Of a stretch of 64,000 bases of DNA, positions 25,177-37,800 are shown one piece after another. The notes beneath the pieces are model-generated. The model was given only the letters and a program-made list of their open reading frames with translations. It did no database searches and was not told the origin of the DNA. Origin of the DNA: Squalus acanthias (taxonomy: Eukaryota); assembly GCA_030390025.1 (NCBI GenBank), contig JASTWF010000342.1, forward strand, positions 1 through 64,000. Reading direction: 5' to 3'. Both the position numbers and the translations under genes were made by a program. Position 1 is the first letter of the stretch, and each line of letters starts with the position of its first letter.

Positions 25177-25947
25177 GGGGGCGATTTTCAATGGCTCCTC
25201 CAGGCGCTAAAGAGCTTCCGAGGTGGCAAGATAGGGTCTAGAGCATTTAGTTGGTATGATTGCACTAGGATGAGAGTGAGCGTGAGGGGTGGCTAGTGAG
25301 ATGGGGATGTGAGAATGTAGATAGAGAGGGATGGCTGGTTGTGCAAGGTAAGTTGGTGTGAGTAAGGATGGGCAGGAGTAGGGCAGGGAAGGCAGAGTGA
25401 TGGGATGTGATGAGAGGCACAGCAGGATGAAGGTGAGTGTGGCTTTGCAGTAATGTTTTGTGATCTACTGAGATCATTGAAAGGTTTGCGCCACTGCATC
25501 CATTTCCTCCTGATCACATCCCTGCTTGTGCCCTTCTCTGCAATGTGCAACCGGGCTGTGTTGGTGTCCTGGGGAGGGCTCTTCCGCCCATGGGTAGGGA
25601 AGAGGGCCTCCCTGCGTGCTGTGTCATGGGAGAACCTGGGTGCAGCCCTTCACCTCTGTGCAGTCATTGTCAGTGTTTGCAGCACCTCAATGCTGTAGAA
25701 CACTGACAGCACAAATGTCAAAAGAAAGTTGGCCATGGTCCCTTTATGGAAACCGGCTGATGACACGTCTTCAAATGACGTTATCAGACCTGCTTTCTCT
25801 AATTAGTCGGGAAACTTGCTGGGTGGGTTTAACAAGCCCCATCAACATAAAATCATTTCAGTGGCCAGGATGGAGCCAGCAGCGGGGCCGAGACCTGCCA
25901 CCGATATCGCCCACCACGGACCCACCGAGGTCAGCAAAATAGCGGCC
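25177..25947 (-). mobile_element. Harbinger-derived element with Myb/SANT exon-1 remnant
   Basis: Ends GGGGGCGATTTT / AAAATAGCGGCC. Minus strand SRDVIRRKWMQWRKPFNDLSRS matches VVRRAWIQCCKRFNDLMRS at 55910-55967. Confidence 0.7.
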
Positions 25948-25961
25948 TTAGTGTGAGACTG

Positions 25962-26389
25962 AAAGAAAGACTTGCATTTATATAGCACCTTTCATGACCA
26001 CTGGATGTCCCAAAGCACTTTATAGCCGACAAAGTACTTTTTTGAAGTGTTGTAATGTTGGAAACACAGCAGCCAATTTATGATAATGACCAGATAATCT
26101 CTTTTAGTGATGTTGGTTGAGGGATAAATATTGGCTAGGATGGCGGGGATAACTCCCCTGCTCTTCTTCAAAATAGTGCCATGGGATCTTTTATGTCCAC
26201 CTGAGGGAACAGATGGGGCCTTGGTTTAATGTCTCATCAGAAAGACAACACCTCTTACAGTGCAGCACTCCCTTGGTACTGCACTAGAGTGTCAGGCTAG
26301 GTTTTTGTGCTCAAGTCTCTGGAGGGGGACTTGAACCCATAACCTTCTGACACAGAAGCAAGGGGGCTACCAACTGAGCCACAGCTGAC
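25962..26389 (-). mobile_element. DeuSINE (SacSINE1-like), diverged copy
   Basis: Aligns along its length to 16557-17013. Confidence 0.85.
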
Positions 26390-26914
26390 TAGAGTAACTT
26401 GTACACTAGACTAAGTAGGGGATGGCAGGTACCAGCCTGAAGCACATTAATGAAGCAGTTGGGTCGTCACAATTTACAATAATCTAGCTTTCATTACCAT
26501 TTTTCTGATACTAGCCCGCAAATCACCAGATTCACTGAGTTCAATTATCACAACTAGCTCTGGTAGGATTTGAACTCTGGCTTGTGTAGCAGGGCGATTG
26601 AGGGCCGGTATGTCAGCCGTCGGCTGATGAGGGCCCTGATCCCAGAGGAAGGGTATTAAAGATAATTGCACCTGGAGCGGGAGGAGATTTTCCCCAGCCA
26701 GCTGAGCATAAAAGGGAGGTTCAAGTGAAGTAGGCCCTGAAAGAGGCTGGGAGTTAATCAGATGAAAGACAGACTGTGTGGTCTTGCTTTGTGTTATGTG
26801 CATTAAAAGAAGATGTTTGGAACTTGGATTGTTCAAGGACTACTGTTTGTAAGGAAAAGGAGGCACTGAGACTGTAGGACCTTGTAAAGGTTTTAATCTG
26901 TAATTACAACCACT

Positions 26915-27345
26915 GGGCTACAGTTTCCTAATGGGAAAAGCATGGGGGAGAAATTGGCTGACCCCCAAAAACAGACGTGGGGAATCGCAGTAAGCGATTA
27001 TCCTGCGCCCTTTCTTTGAGTTGCAGGCAGCACGGTAAATTTGTGGTGTCTGCTGTTTTACATGATTGCTGTGTGCAGCCAGCGCTAACCGTGTTGTTGA
27101 TTGGCTGCACACATCAGCAGAAGGCCCGATATCGCGAGTGGCCAGTGCTACTTAAAGGCACCATGCACTTCTTAAAGGGGAGGTGCATTGTGGCTGCAAG
27201 AAGTGGCGAGAGTCATTTGAAAGCTGATTCTGTGCTGTGATACTTTGAGCAATGGCTGAACATGCGCGAGAGCGTGCACCAAGGATTTCCGACACTGCAC
27301 TGGAGGTCTTGGTGGAAGAGGTGGAAAGGAGGAGAGATGTCATGT
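26915..27345 (+). mobile_element. Harbinger 5' fragment with start of Myb/SANT-like gene
   Basis: Starts GGGCTACAGTTT. From 27252 reads MAEHARERAPRISDTALEVLVEEVERRRDV, typical of Myb_DNA-bind_5/NAIF1-like N-termini. Confidence 0.65.
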
Positions 27346-28454
27346 AGTCACATTGGGGCGGGCCTCCAGATACATCTCATTCCAGAAACTGAAATAAGTG
27401 GAAAAGTTATATCTATGTCACATTTCGAATTAATTTCGATATTGGAGGCTAATTTATCTTATGGTATGGGGCGAGTGCCCACTCTCTGAGGCAAAAAGAG
27501 AGGTTGCAGCTGTAATTGTTGCTTCAAATGAAATTTTTTTTTTTTCAAACTAAAGTTTTCAAACTGCTTTGATGAAATCCTGGCACAGTTTGGTTGTGGT
27601 TAGATTTTCTGCCCACACACAATGGTGTAACCTGATCCTGGCCATTTTTTCTGGGGTGAAGGCATTTTGCATATTCTAGGCCTCTGCGGCGAGTCCTCTT
27701 GGGAATTGCTAGACAACATTTGCAGCAGATCCAACCTCGGGGCTGGGTGCAAACTGAATTTAAAAACAAAATCTTTTTTCCAAAATAACCCACCTTGGTG
27801 TATGCAATCAATCACCCTGCAATCAATTGCCCCAAGATCAATTGAGTAAGCTATGCAGCTCTCCACTGCCATAGAGACATTGGATGCTAGTAATGCACCA
27901 ACATTCCTTGTACTCAGTGTTGTTATGAACCAAATGACTGCAAATATGTTAATGTATTTTAATTATTTGCATAGCATTACAATACAAGTTCAATGGCTAT
28001 GGATAGTCATGGTAGACCTCCCACATCAGCTCTGGTGGAAGTGGCAAAGGAGAGTGTCAAGCTTCAGGAGTCTATGTAATTAACCAGTGGAGTGCCTCAT
28101 GTAGACATTTTCTGCCCCAGTCAATTGAGTTGTGCCGGGGAGCTGGTGTAGCTTAAGTAGAAAATCTAGGCCAAAACATTTAGCGTATTTTTTTGGGTGC
28201 GTCAATTTGCAACACCAGATTTCTGATTGGTCCCCTTGGAGGACAAGACACATCCAACAGTTTGTCTGGAATGTGTAATTTGATCCTGCCTGCTGGAGTG
28301 TAATCAAGATCTCTGCAATGTGTAATTTGATCCTGTCATTGTCACAGACAGGCTCCAGAGCCCACAGTGCTACCACTACTGCTTTCAGAAAATAGACAGG
28401 GCTAACCCACCCAGGTTAGGAGCACTCACAGCGCTCACACTGCTGAATTCAGAT

Positions 28455-28855
28455 AGAAAGGGGTGAGACCATGGAGGGATTTTAACATGAGGATGAGAAT
28501 TTTAAAATCAAGGTGTTGGTGGACAATGTGCCCCCTAAATCTTTTTGCGTGCCCAGTCCCATTAATGGGCTACGCGGCCCATTCAAAATTTCAGGTATGC
28601 ACAAAATCTCCCATTCAGAAGCCAGTAAGTGGCCTGCATGTGACCTGCAGACAGCTGCGCAGCCGTGCAGCTTAGTGGGAACATTGTTGCTGGACCATGA
28701 GCCAATGTAGGTTAATGAGCACAGGGGTGATGGGTAAATGGGACTTGCTGCAGGTTAGAACATGTGCAGCAGAGTTTTGGATGAGCTCAAGTACATTGAG
28801 GGTGGAAAATGGGAGGCTGGCCAGGAGAACATTGGAACAGTCGAGTCTGGCAAAT
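28455..28855 (-). mobile_element. L2 LINE 3' fragment
   Basis: ARLDCSNVLLASLP...LELIQNSAAHVLT...ITPVLINLHWL, the L2 ORF2 C-terminal signature. Confidence 0.75.
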
Positions 28856-28914
28856 AACACATAAATGTAATGCCATGCATGTTGGTAGGACCAACACAGA
28901 ATACGCTCTCATTT

Positions 28915-28995
28915 TAAAAAATTCATTTATTTATTGCCCATCCCTTGTTGCCCTTAAGAGGGTGGTTGTGAGCTGCCTTCTTGAACCACTGCAGT
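28915..28995 (-). mobile_element. Short LINE 3'-tail fragment (probable 3' end of the family at 40454-45445)
   Basis: Minus strand CTGCAGTGGTTCAAGAAGGCAGCTCACAACCACCCTCTTAAGGGCAACAAGGGATGGGCAATAAAT...GAATTTTT. Shares GGCAAC.AGGGATGG...GAATGAATTTT with the end of the SINE at 11584-11626. Confidence 0.5.
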
Positions 28996-29227
28996 TTGTG
29001 GGGGGTGGGGGGGAATGGCAGGGGGCGGGGTGGAGGAGAGGGAGAACATGGTGCAGGTGTAAAGGGGGTGGGGGTGGAAGAACGTGATACAGGCCTAACA
29101 GAGGGTGGGATGTGAGCTATCATCCCATCTGGATCACGTTCTTGCTCTCATCCCCCCCCACCCCTTTAGACCTGGATCATGTTCTTCCCCCCTCCCCACT
29201 GTTCCCCCCCCCAACAGGTTCCTGGTG

Positions 29228-31050
29228 TTCCATTCCCGAGTTCCTGTCTTTCTCCCCTTCCCCCCCCGAGTTCCTGACCTTCTCCTCCACCCCCCGAGTT
29301 CCTGACCTTCTCCCCCCGAGTTCCTGACCTTCTCCCCCCCGAGTTCCTGACCTTCTCCCCTCGAGTTCCTGACCTTCTCCCCCTCGAGTTCCTGACCTTC
29401 GCCCCCTCGAGTTCCTAACCTTGTCCCCCCCGAGTTCCTAACCTTGTCCCCCCCCGAGTTCCTGACCTTCTCCCCCCCAAGTTCCTAACCTTGTCCCCCC
29501 CCCGAGTTCCTGACCTTCTCCCCCCCGAGTTCCTGAACTTCTCCCGCTCGAGTTCCTGACCTTCTCCCCTCCGAGTTCCTGACCTTCTCCCCCCGAGTTC
29601 CTGACCTTCTCCCCCCCGAGTTCCTGACCTTCTCCCCCCCGAGTTCCTGACCTTCTCCCCCCCGAGTTCCTGACCTTCTCCCCTCCCCGAGTTCCTAACC
29701 TTCCCCCCCTCGAGTTCCTGACCTTCTCCCCCTCGAGTTCCTAACCTTCCCCCCCACCCCCCGAGTTCCTGACCTTCTCCCCCCCGAGTTCCTGACCTTG
29801 TCCCCCCGAGTTCCTGACCTTCTCCCCCCCGAGTTCCTGACCTTCTCCCCTCCTCGAGTTCCTGACCTTCTCCCCCCCGAGTTCCTGACCTTCTCCCCCC
29901 CGAGTTCCTGACCTTCTCCCCTCCCCGAGTTCCTAACCTTCCCCCCCTCGAGTTCCTGACCTTCTCCCCCTCGAGTTCCTAACCTTCCCCCCCACCCCCC
30001 GAGTTCCTGACCTTCTCCCCCCCGAGTTCCTGACCTTCTCCCCCTCGAGTTCCTAACCTTCCCCCCCACCCCCCGAGTTCCTGACCTTCTCCCCCCGAGT
30101 TCCTGACCTTCTCCCCCCCGAGTTCCTGACCTTCTCCCCTCCTCGAGTTCCTGACCTTCTCCCCCTCGAGTTCCTAACCTTCCCCCCCACCCCCCGAGTT
30201 CCTGACCTTCTCCCCCCCAAGTTCCTGACCTTCTCCCCCTCGAGTTCCTGAACTTCTCCCCCCCCCGAGTTCCTGACCTTCTCCCCCCCCGAGTTCCTGA
30301 CCTTCTCCCCCCCGAGTTCCTGACCTTCTCCCCCCCCGAGTTCCTAACCTTCTCCCCCCCGAGTTCCTAACCTTGTCCCCCCCCCGAGTTCCTAACCTTG
30401 TCCCCCCCCCGAGTTCCTGACCTTCTCCCCCCCGAGTTCCTGACCTTCTCCCCCCCGAGTTCCTGACCTTCTCCCCCCGAGTTCCTGACCTTCTCCCCCC
30501 CCGAGTTCCTGACCTTCTCCCCCTCGAGTTCCTGAACTTCTCCCCCCCCGAGTTCCTGACCTTCTCCCCCCCGAGTTCCTGAACTTCTCCCCCCCCGAGT
30601 TCCTGACCTTCTCCCCTCCCCGAGTTCCTGACCTTCTCCCCCCCGAGTTCCTGACCTTCTCCCCCTCGAGTTCCTGACCTTCTCCCCCCCGAGTTCCTGA
30701 CCTTCTCCCCCCCCCCCGAGTTCCTGACCTTCTCCCCTCGAGTTCCTGACCTTCTCCCCCCCGAGTTCCTGACCTTCTCCCCCCCGAGTTCCTGACCTTC
30801 TCCCCCCCGAGTTCCTGAACTTCTCCCCCACCCGAGTTCCTGACCTTCTCCCCCTCGAGTTCCTGACCTTCTCCCCCCCAAGTTCCTAACCTTGTCCCCC
30901 CCCCCCCCCGAGTTCCTGACCTTCTCCCCCCCGAGTTCCTGACCTTCTCCCCCTCGAGTTCCTGACCTTCTCCCCCCCCGAGTTCCTGACCTTCTCCCCC
31001 GGAGTCCCTGACCTTCGCCCCCCTCTCCGAGTTCCTCTCTCCGAGCTCTC
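29228..31050. repeat. Minisatellite, ~22-26-bp unit CGAGTTCCTGACCTTCTC(C)n, roughly 75 copies
   Basis: Direct tandem units with a variable C-run. Variants CCTAACCTTGTCC, CCTGAACTTCTCC and CCTAACCTTCCCC. No unique spacers. Confidence 0.97.
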
Positions 31051-31089
31051 TCGCACTCTCCCCCTCCAATCTCCCGACTTTCTCGTGCT

Positions 31090-31195
31090 GAGGAAAGTGT
31101 TCCGGTGCAGCCTGCAGGCCGCAACCACTGCAACGTCGGGTGTGCATGCGCGACCGGATCAAGTGAGCATGCGCAGAAGGATTCAAAGCACCGTG
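31090..31195. promoter_or_regulatory. Candidate CpG-rich promoter patch with two NRF1-like motifs and an ETS-like core
   Basis: TGCATGCGCG at ~31143 and GAGCATGCGCAG at ~31165, TTCCGG at ~31100. Locally CpG-dense, no TIR seen, adjacent to the minisatellite. Confidence 0.45.
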
Positions 31196-34100
31196 GAAAT
31201 AATCACTGGTTTTTTTCGGTCCATTTCCAGTTTAAGGCCAATTATGACTTGTTTGTGCCACTAAGGGTTCCACTGCGTCTGCCATTCACTGATTTCTACC
31301 TCAATAATTCAAGCATCATTGCCCATACTTGGAACTGGAATCAAAATAACAGGAGTGCAGCAACTGAGCAGCATTGCCAGCACTTGTATTTAGTCCAACT
31401 GCATTTTCTCACTGAGGCTTTCCACTGTTCTCAAAGTCAACCTTGATGGCTTCTTGTATTTTTATCACCAGAAGTATCCAGAGCAGCTGTGTGTGAAGGC
31501 ACTAAGCTTGCATATGCTGCAGCTGTGCCTGCAGGGATTGTGGGTCCAATTTGCATCATGTCAACAGGCATCTGAGATCCATTGCTCCATGATTCTAGTC
31601 TATTGGTCTACATTAATGGCGATCTGGATATGCATTCCTCTACAGAACCTAAACTTTGCACTCAAACGGTGCCCAGAAGAGGGGAGAGAGAATGATAAAT
31701 ACAAAAAAAGAAAGCGAGAAACAGATGGGAGGGGGAAAGAAGTAAAAGAGAAGGGAAAGGACGAGAGCGGGAGAGTGAGAGACAAAAACTAGGGAACGAC
31801 AGAGAGAAGGATACTGAGAAAATTGAGAGATAAAAGAGAGAAAGGAGGAGAGAGACAAGAGAGTAAGTAAGAGAATAAACTTTAAGTGTGAGAGAGAAGA
31901 AAGCAGTAAAGACACCAGGAAGGAGATAGTGAAAGAAGGGAAGGAGACAAAGCAAGAGAGATTGGAGAAAAGAAAGAGAAAGAGACAGGAAAATAGAAGG
32001 GAAGGAGGAGGAAATATGAGAAAAGTGAGGTGAAAATGATAGATAGGAGGAAGGGACAGAAGGAAGAGAGAGAGGGACAGATGCAGAGTAGGAAAGAGAA
32101 AAGAATGAACAGTCAGACAGACAAACAAGTAAAGAAGGAAAGAGAGTCAGACAAAGAACAAAGTGAAGGAGAAATTCCGAATTTCTTCAGGCCTTTCTGG
32201 TGCAGCAGAAAGAAACTTTCTTGACTCACTTGACTAAGTTTTGTCAAATTTTTAACAAGGCAACTAAGTAGAACAGAATTCAGAAATGATGTGTTCCATT
32301 TCAATGAATGCTAGTTTACTCTCCCTGACGTTAGAGTGTGGCACTGATAGTAGTTATAAAAAGCCAAAAGATCATCCTCTCTTGGTTGGATGAGGATATG
32401 CACTGGTGAGAAGAGATAAAAAATAACAAGGTTTTTTTAAGAATGAAGAGAGGCAAGGGAAAACCTTAAAAGACCAAAAACTAATCATATGCAAATGCAA
32501 GCTCAAATATCACAAAATTAGACTTCATTCACACTGTATCTAAATTGTGTCAATCTTCTCCTTGTGTATTTGAATACTGGTGAAGGTGTTCATTAAACTA
32601 CAATCTTTTAATCTTTTGCTAGGCTTTGTCAAAAATAGCTTTTTAAAGCAGTTTCTTTGGTTTGTGTTCACACATGCTGTCACAGTTCCATGGATCACAG
32701 CCAATTTTTAAATATTTTAATCCAGAAAAGCATACACATTTTTCTCCAGCAAGCTGTCAAACTGTCATTAAGAATTTTAACTTTTAAATCTATTTTAACC
32801 ATCTGTCATTTCTCTGCACCTAATTGTATTTTTGCTGCTATCATGTGATTACCTGGATGTAGTAGAAAAAAAATTACTAGATGACTTTATTAATATGCCT
32901 TGAAAAGCACAGATATATCATCTCGCTCTCACTCCGCTACTGTAACTTCATGGGATGTGCGGAAGAAACCCCATTTACACACATAAGTGGGGTGTCCGCC
33001 ACATTTCTGCTGAAGTTATGCTGGTGGAGCAGGAGCAGCTCTGGGGAAATTGACGGCCAATGTCAACTAATATGGGGGGGTCAGGAAGGGAAGTTGGGTG
33101 GTCAGTAGTTTATTGAAATTAAGATCAGGATGAGGTGAGCTTGGAGAGAGGCTGGGTGGGGCTGGGGGTGGTGGTGGCGGTGGGGATAAAATGGGAAAGA
33201 AACTAGAAAGAGATGGGGTTTCAGGGCTAGTGTAGGAGGGGGACTGGGAGTGGTTTGACTTAATGGGCAAGGGGAGAAGCATCAGAGGCAGCTGAGCAAC
33301 AGAAGCACACTAATGCTTCGGAGTTGTAAGCTCAGGATCACATGGCTTGAGCTGCACCTCAAATATACGTGGAAACCCAAACTTTTGAGTGGTGTGTAGC
33401 TGGATACAATCCATTCCATGTTTTGTGATCACTGCATTCTTTGCATTAGCTTTGGTGTATTTCATTATATTCTGTGACACATGCAGACATCTTGGTGGCT
33501 GATCAAGGAAGTGTTCAGAGAGAGTGTGAGCTTGGAGCATATGCTGAGGAACATGACCCAAAGGATAACATGCATAATATGTTTGAGGAGTTTCAAACAG
33601 AAGCAAATCATTTTCCTGTCAACAACTTTTAGTTCTCTATAAATCCCAAGTCCATCCAACGCTTGAATACTGTCCTTAAATTAGGGGAGGTTCTTTAAAC
33701 ACCTCTCTTGCAATCCTCGACAGGATGCACAAAATCATTTTAATAAGAAATGACTGGGGGAGTTTTAACCCCTCTCGCCTCCGCAGTAGGTGGGCGGCAG
33801 TTAAAATGGTGTATGAGATTTAGCAGCTGGCGTCTCGCTCTAATTCTGCCGACCCACCATTGTTTAAATATGCAGATCGAGTCCTGATGACATCAAGTAA
33901 TATTAACCCCACGCCTGCATAGGGAAGCCTCATGCTATACCACAAAGACAGGCTTATAACACCTTGCAACAGGTGGCTGCAAGGAAAGCCGGCTCTGAAC
34001 AATCTTGTAGGTCCAGCTTGTGCTTTCTTCAAAGTACTGCATGTATGTTTTTTGCAGGTGTTCAGTACTTTGGGGCACTGGAGGTGGGAATTCCAGCAGA

Positions 34101-34354
34101 TTACATTATCCCACCAGTTCAGCCTCCCTCCGTGACATCAGACTATAAAGGGGGTGAACTGCTCACCTGCCCCCGCCCCCTGCTTCTCTAACAGAGCAGA
34201 AATCTCTGGTGTAAATGCCTCCCACTCACCTAAATAGTTTCCCACATTCACCACAAAATCTTGGGGCCATTGAGTTTAGTGATAGAACCGCCTCTGATTT
34301 GTAGCATTCCACCGATGTCTTTTCTAGTGCATACTTTCAGGAAGTAATCATTTT

Positions 34355-35110
34355 GGGCCATATATTCCGATCCCTGCGGTGTATACGCGCTGTGTACACA
34401 CCTGTAGGGACATTGGAAATGCCGGTTTCAGGCATGCGAAGCGCATGCGCTGTAAACCGGCATTTCCGATCAGTCAAGAATCCTCTTCACAGCTCGGACG
34501 CCTGCCCTAGAGAAGGGCCTCTGCGGGCGGATAGTTCCGCTTTCTGGAGAACCTCCGCCCGCAGAAAACCCTTAGAAATCTTACGCCTGGTAAAAGCAGG
34601 TGTAAGGCCTGCTTTTACCAGCATAAGATTTGAAAAAAGTAAAAAAAAATGTTTTCACTCATTTATCATTTAAAAATACTTTAAAAAAGGTATGTTTATT
34701 TTTAGCCCCGTAAAAAACTTTAATTATTTTTTTCAAAAAATTACATTTTTGTTTAAAATATTTAATTTATTGTAATTTCAACTAATTTTAAAAATGTGAT
34801 TTAAAAAAAAAAATATTTAATGTTTTACAGTGTTTTTGGGGTGATCTCCATTCATATATTTGACAGGTCTATATGTCAAGTGTATGAAGGGAGATTCCCT
34901 TCTTTGATTGGCTCACCATGACCCACATGATCCCAGGGATGTTTGCTAACCGCATGCGCCTCTGGGATACATGGGCCCTGCACATTTTGAGTTGGAGAGG
35001 CCCAGGAGCGGAAGTGTCCGGACCGCGGGAGCCTTCAGGTAAGTCCGTAGATTTTTTCCAGATTGGAGGCCTCCGCACGCAGGAAGCCTCCAATCGGAGA
35101 ATACGGGCCC
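34355..35110. mobile_element. Harbinger-like MITE (subfamily shared with 53971-54727; inverted relative to 6405 and 35488)
   Basis: Ends GGGCCATATATTCCGAT / ATCGGAGAATACGGGCCC. Aligns throughout to 53971-54727. Confidence 0.88.
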
Positions 35111-35487
35111 ATGTACCTTAACTGTTTTAATTATTCATTAGTTTCAGCGCAATTTTGATTCATAAGGATCTGAATTCCCTTTTAATAACACTCTAGCTAT
35201 TAATTATGCTTGAAAAACAGGTCTTTCTCCCATTTTTGTTTTGTTAAAGGAGTAATCTTGGTTCCTAAATCATCTTTGCTTGCTGAGGCCAAGTGCACCA
35301 TTACTGCTGGTTTATCTATTTAAGCTGCTTTATTTACTATCTCTAGTGATTATACATGGTTGACACATAATTTCTTCATCCACAGACCAAAGAAATCCAC
35401 ACATGATCTTTATCAAACTACTAGTCAAACTCACACAGCTATGCAAATTGGTGATTTATTTTTTTCAAAATTGTGTAATTTTTAATT

Positions 35488-36252
35488 GGCCCAGAAATTC
35501 GCCTCTCCGGCTTGCCGCAGGGGTAAGGATCGCGCGCGCTCTTACCTACCGCGCCTGCCATTGTGTTTTGGGCCCACGGGAACTTCAGCTCCAGCTCCTG
35601 CTCCAAGAGCCAGCGCGCAGTGCTTGCGTGTCCCAGGGACGCAGTTAGTGCGATGCGTCCCCTGGGATCACGTGGGCCATGGAGAGCCAATGGCAGCAGA
35701 CCATCTTTCATTCATAGATTTGACAGGAGACCTGTCAAATCTGTGAATTGAAATCGGCCCCAAAAGAACAGCTAAACTTAAAATATTTTTTTTTAAAACC
35801 CATCACATTTATAAAATAACTATAGTTAAATAAATTAACCACTTTAAACAAAAATTTAAATTTTTGAAAAAATTAAAATACTTTTTAAAAGTGATAAAAA
35901 TAAACTTACCTTTCTTTAAAGTATCTAAAAAAGATAAACCTGTTGAAATTTTTTTTTAATTATACTTAATTAACCACTTACCTTGTTGAAAACAGGTCCT
36001 GCGCCTCCTTTTTAATAGCGTAGTTTCTTCAATACTTACCCTCGCGTAGAAACCTGAAAAAAAAATCTAAGTTTGCTGCGTGCGCGCAGCCTCTACCGCG
36101 CACACGGTTCACCTAGGAACCGCCCCCTTCATCATACCGGAAGTTCCGGTTTCCCGCGCATGCGCAGTGCATGCAGGAAACTGGCACTTCGGGACGCATT
36201 ATGGGTGAGTACGGACTGTGTACTCACCTGGGAAGGGCCGAATTTTTGGCCC
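35488..36252. mobile_element. Harbinger-like MITE (same family as 6405-7145)
   Basis: Ends GGCCCAGAAATTCG / CGAATTTTTGGCCC with flanks ATT / AAT. Near-identical AT-rich core to 6665-6950. Confidence 0.88.
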
Positions 36253-36879
36253 AATGTTTCTTATGGTATAACTGTTGTATTAGCATTCCTACTGAATTAA
36301 AATGACAACCAAAAGCAACTTGGAAACAAAGTATTTCTGATATTTGAAAGCTGAAAATTTGAAATTAAGACCCATCAAGAACATGGAAAAATATCTAAGT
36401 ATGTGAATGTAGGACAAATGACACATTACAGTAATACTTAGTCACAAGTGAAAGCAGTCAAATATCTGTGCTTTACAAACAATATTACGGCTTTTTCATG
36501 AGGTACACATTAAGGATGTTAATTTCTTTTTTGTGTTCGAACCAGCTTACATGTTAATTGTGTGTGAAGGTGCAATCATTTTGTACTTTAGCATTTATTG
36601 AGCCAGCACCAGCTTTTTCCTATATTCCTGAAGTTGCTCTCAAGAGTTAAACAGGTTAATGCACAGACTCAGTGTTAATGCATTTTTTCTTTGCTTATTA
36701 AATAAGTTACTTGATTTGCACATCTCATTCAATTTTCACAATTGAAGCTGTATAAAAGTGCCAGAGAAAGCAGGTAAAATTTGAGGGGTGAACAGGTCAG
36801 GAAATAGTTTATGGAACTCATCATTGAATATAGCAGCATGAGTACAGTATTCATTTTCCATTTGCTGGAGGAGAGGATG

Positions 36880-37800
36880 GAAGAAACAGGAACAGCATGA
36901 TACCACAACCCAAGAGATTAGAGGGCATAGGAGGCAAGCCTTCAGGACTTGCTACTACTCGAGTACTATTGACATCTCAGTTATCTGACTTCAGTAAGAA
37001 ATAGTACGAATGGGATGCTGTTTCAACTCCTGGAACCCAACCTGCAGCCAAGATACAACATCTGGACAACTCTCCTAGAGGAAGTGAAAGTGACCACTGG
37101 ACAAAACGACTGCAAAACTGGGTTCACACAGGTGCTAACAGGAGGCATCAGAAGGATCAGTGCACAGTTCACTGTTGCATCACAAAAGTAATAGCTGCAT
37201 CCTTTTGCCATTTGTCCGAATGATGCTCAACACTGAAATGCAACACCACCTAGAGAGACAGACCCAATATGTTGAGTTTAGTGACATTCCCCGATTACAC
37301 GGCACCATTGATTGCACTCTCGTCACCTTTCCGAAACATACGGATAATGTCTTGCCCTTTATCTACAAGAGTAGTTATTCCTTCCTGAATATACAGAAGC
37401 TGTATGAACACAGGAAATGAGTTATGAAAGTGAATGCTCAGGGAGTGTACACATATCGCTGTGATTAAGGATTGCTCAACCATGCTAGAAGGAAAACAGA
37501 ATGCAAGATTGGCTCCTGGGAGACATGGATTGCCCACTCCAAACATTGCTACTGCTGCCTGTACAGAACACCTGTAAGAAAGGGCATACGAAGATAAACA
37601 TTTACGAGGCAGAAATATTATAGAATACAACTTTGGCATGGTAGAACATTTTCTAATATATGCTTTTTTTGTCCCTTACAATATGACCCTGATTGAATTG
37701 ACAAAATAACTGTAGTGTGTTCCATGTTGAACACTATTGCTATTAAAATCAGCTTATAGATGCTTACTGAAAAGGAGTAGCAATAAAGTCAAGATCCCAG
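36880..37800 (+). pseudogene. Highly decayed HARBI1-like Harbinger transposase
   Basis: Residual motifs in order: VKVTT, PRLHGTIDCTLV, YKSSYSFLNIQ, WLLGD, IIEYNFGM, VVCSMLNTIA. Many stops and frameshifts. Confidence 0.7.

Noticed and set aside
26584..26910. Small solo LTRs (also ~37885-38081) with TATA-like and ATTAAA motifs
   Set aside because: TG...CA ends are plausible but I could not find matching TSDs, so support is insufficient.
29228..31050. CRISPR-like array or long Gly/Arg-rich ORFs (up to 319 aa)
   Set aside because: Units are directly adjacent with only C-run variation and there are no unique spacers or cas genes. The ORFs are open in several frames because the repeat unit lacks stops.
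31680..32170. Hydrophobic 159-aa minus-strand ORF resembling a membrane protein
   Set aside because: It is an artefact of GA-rich low-complexity sequence (L/S/F-biased translation).
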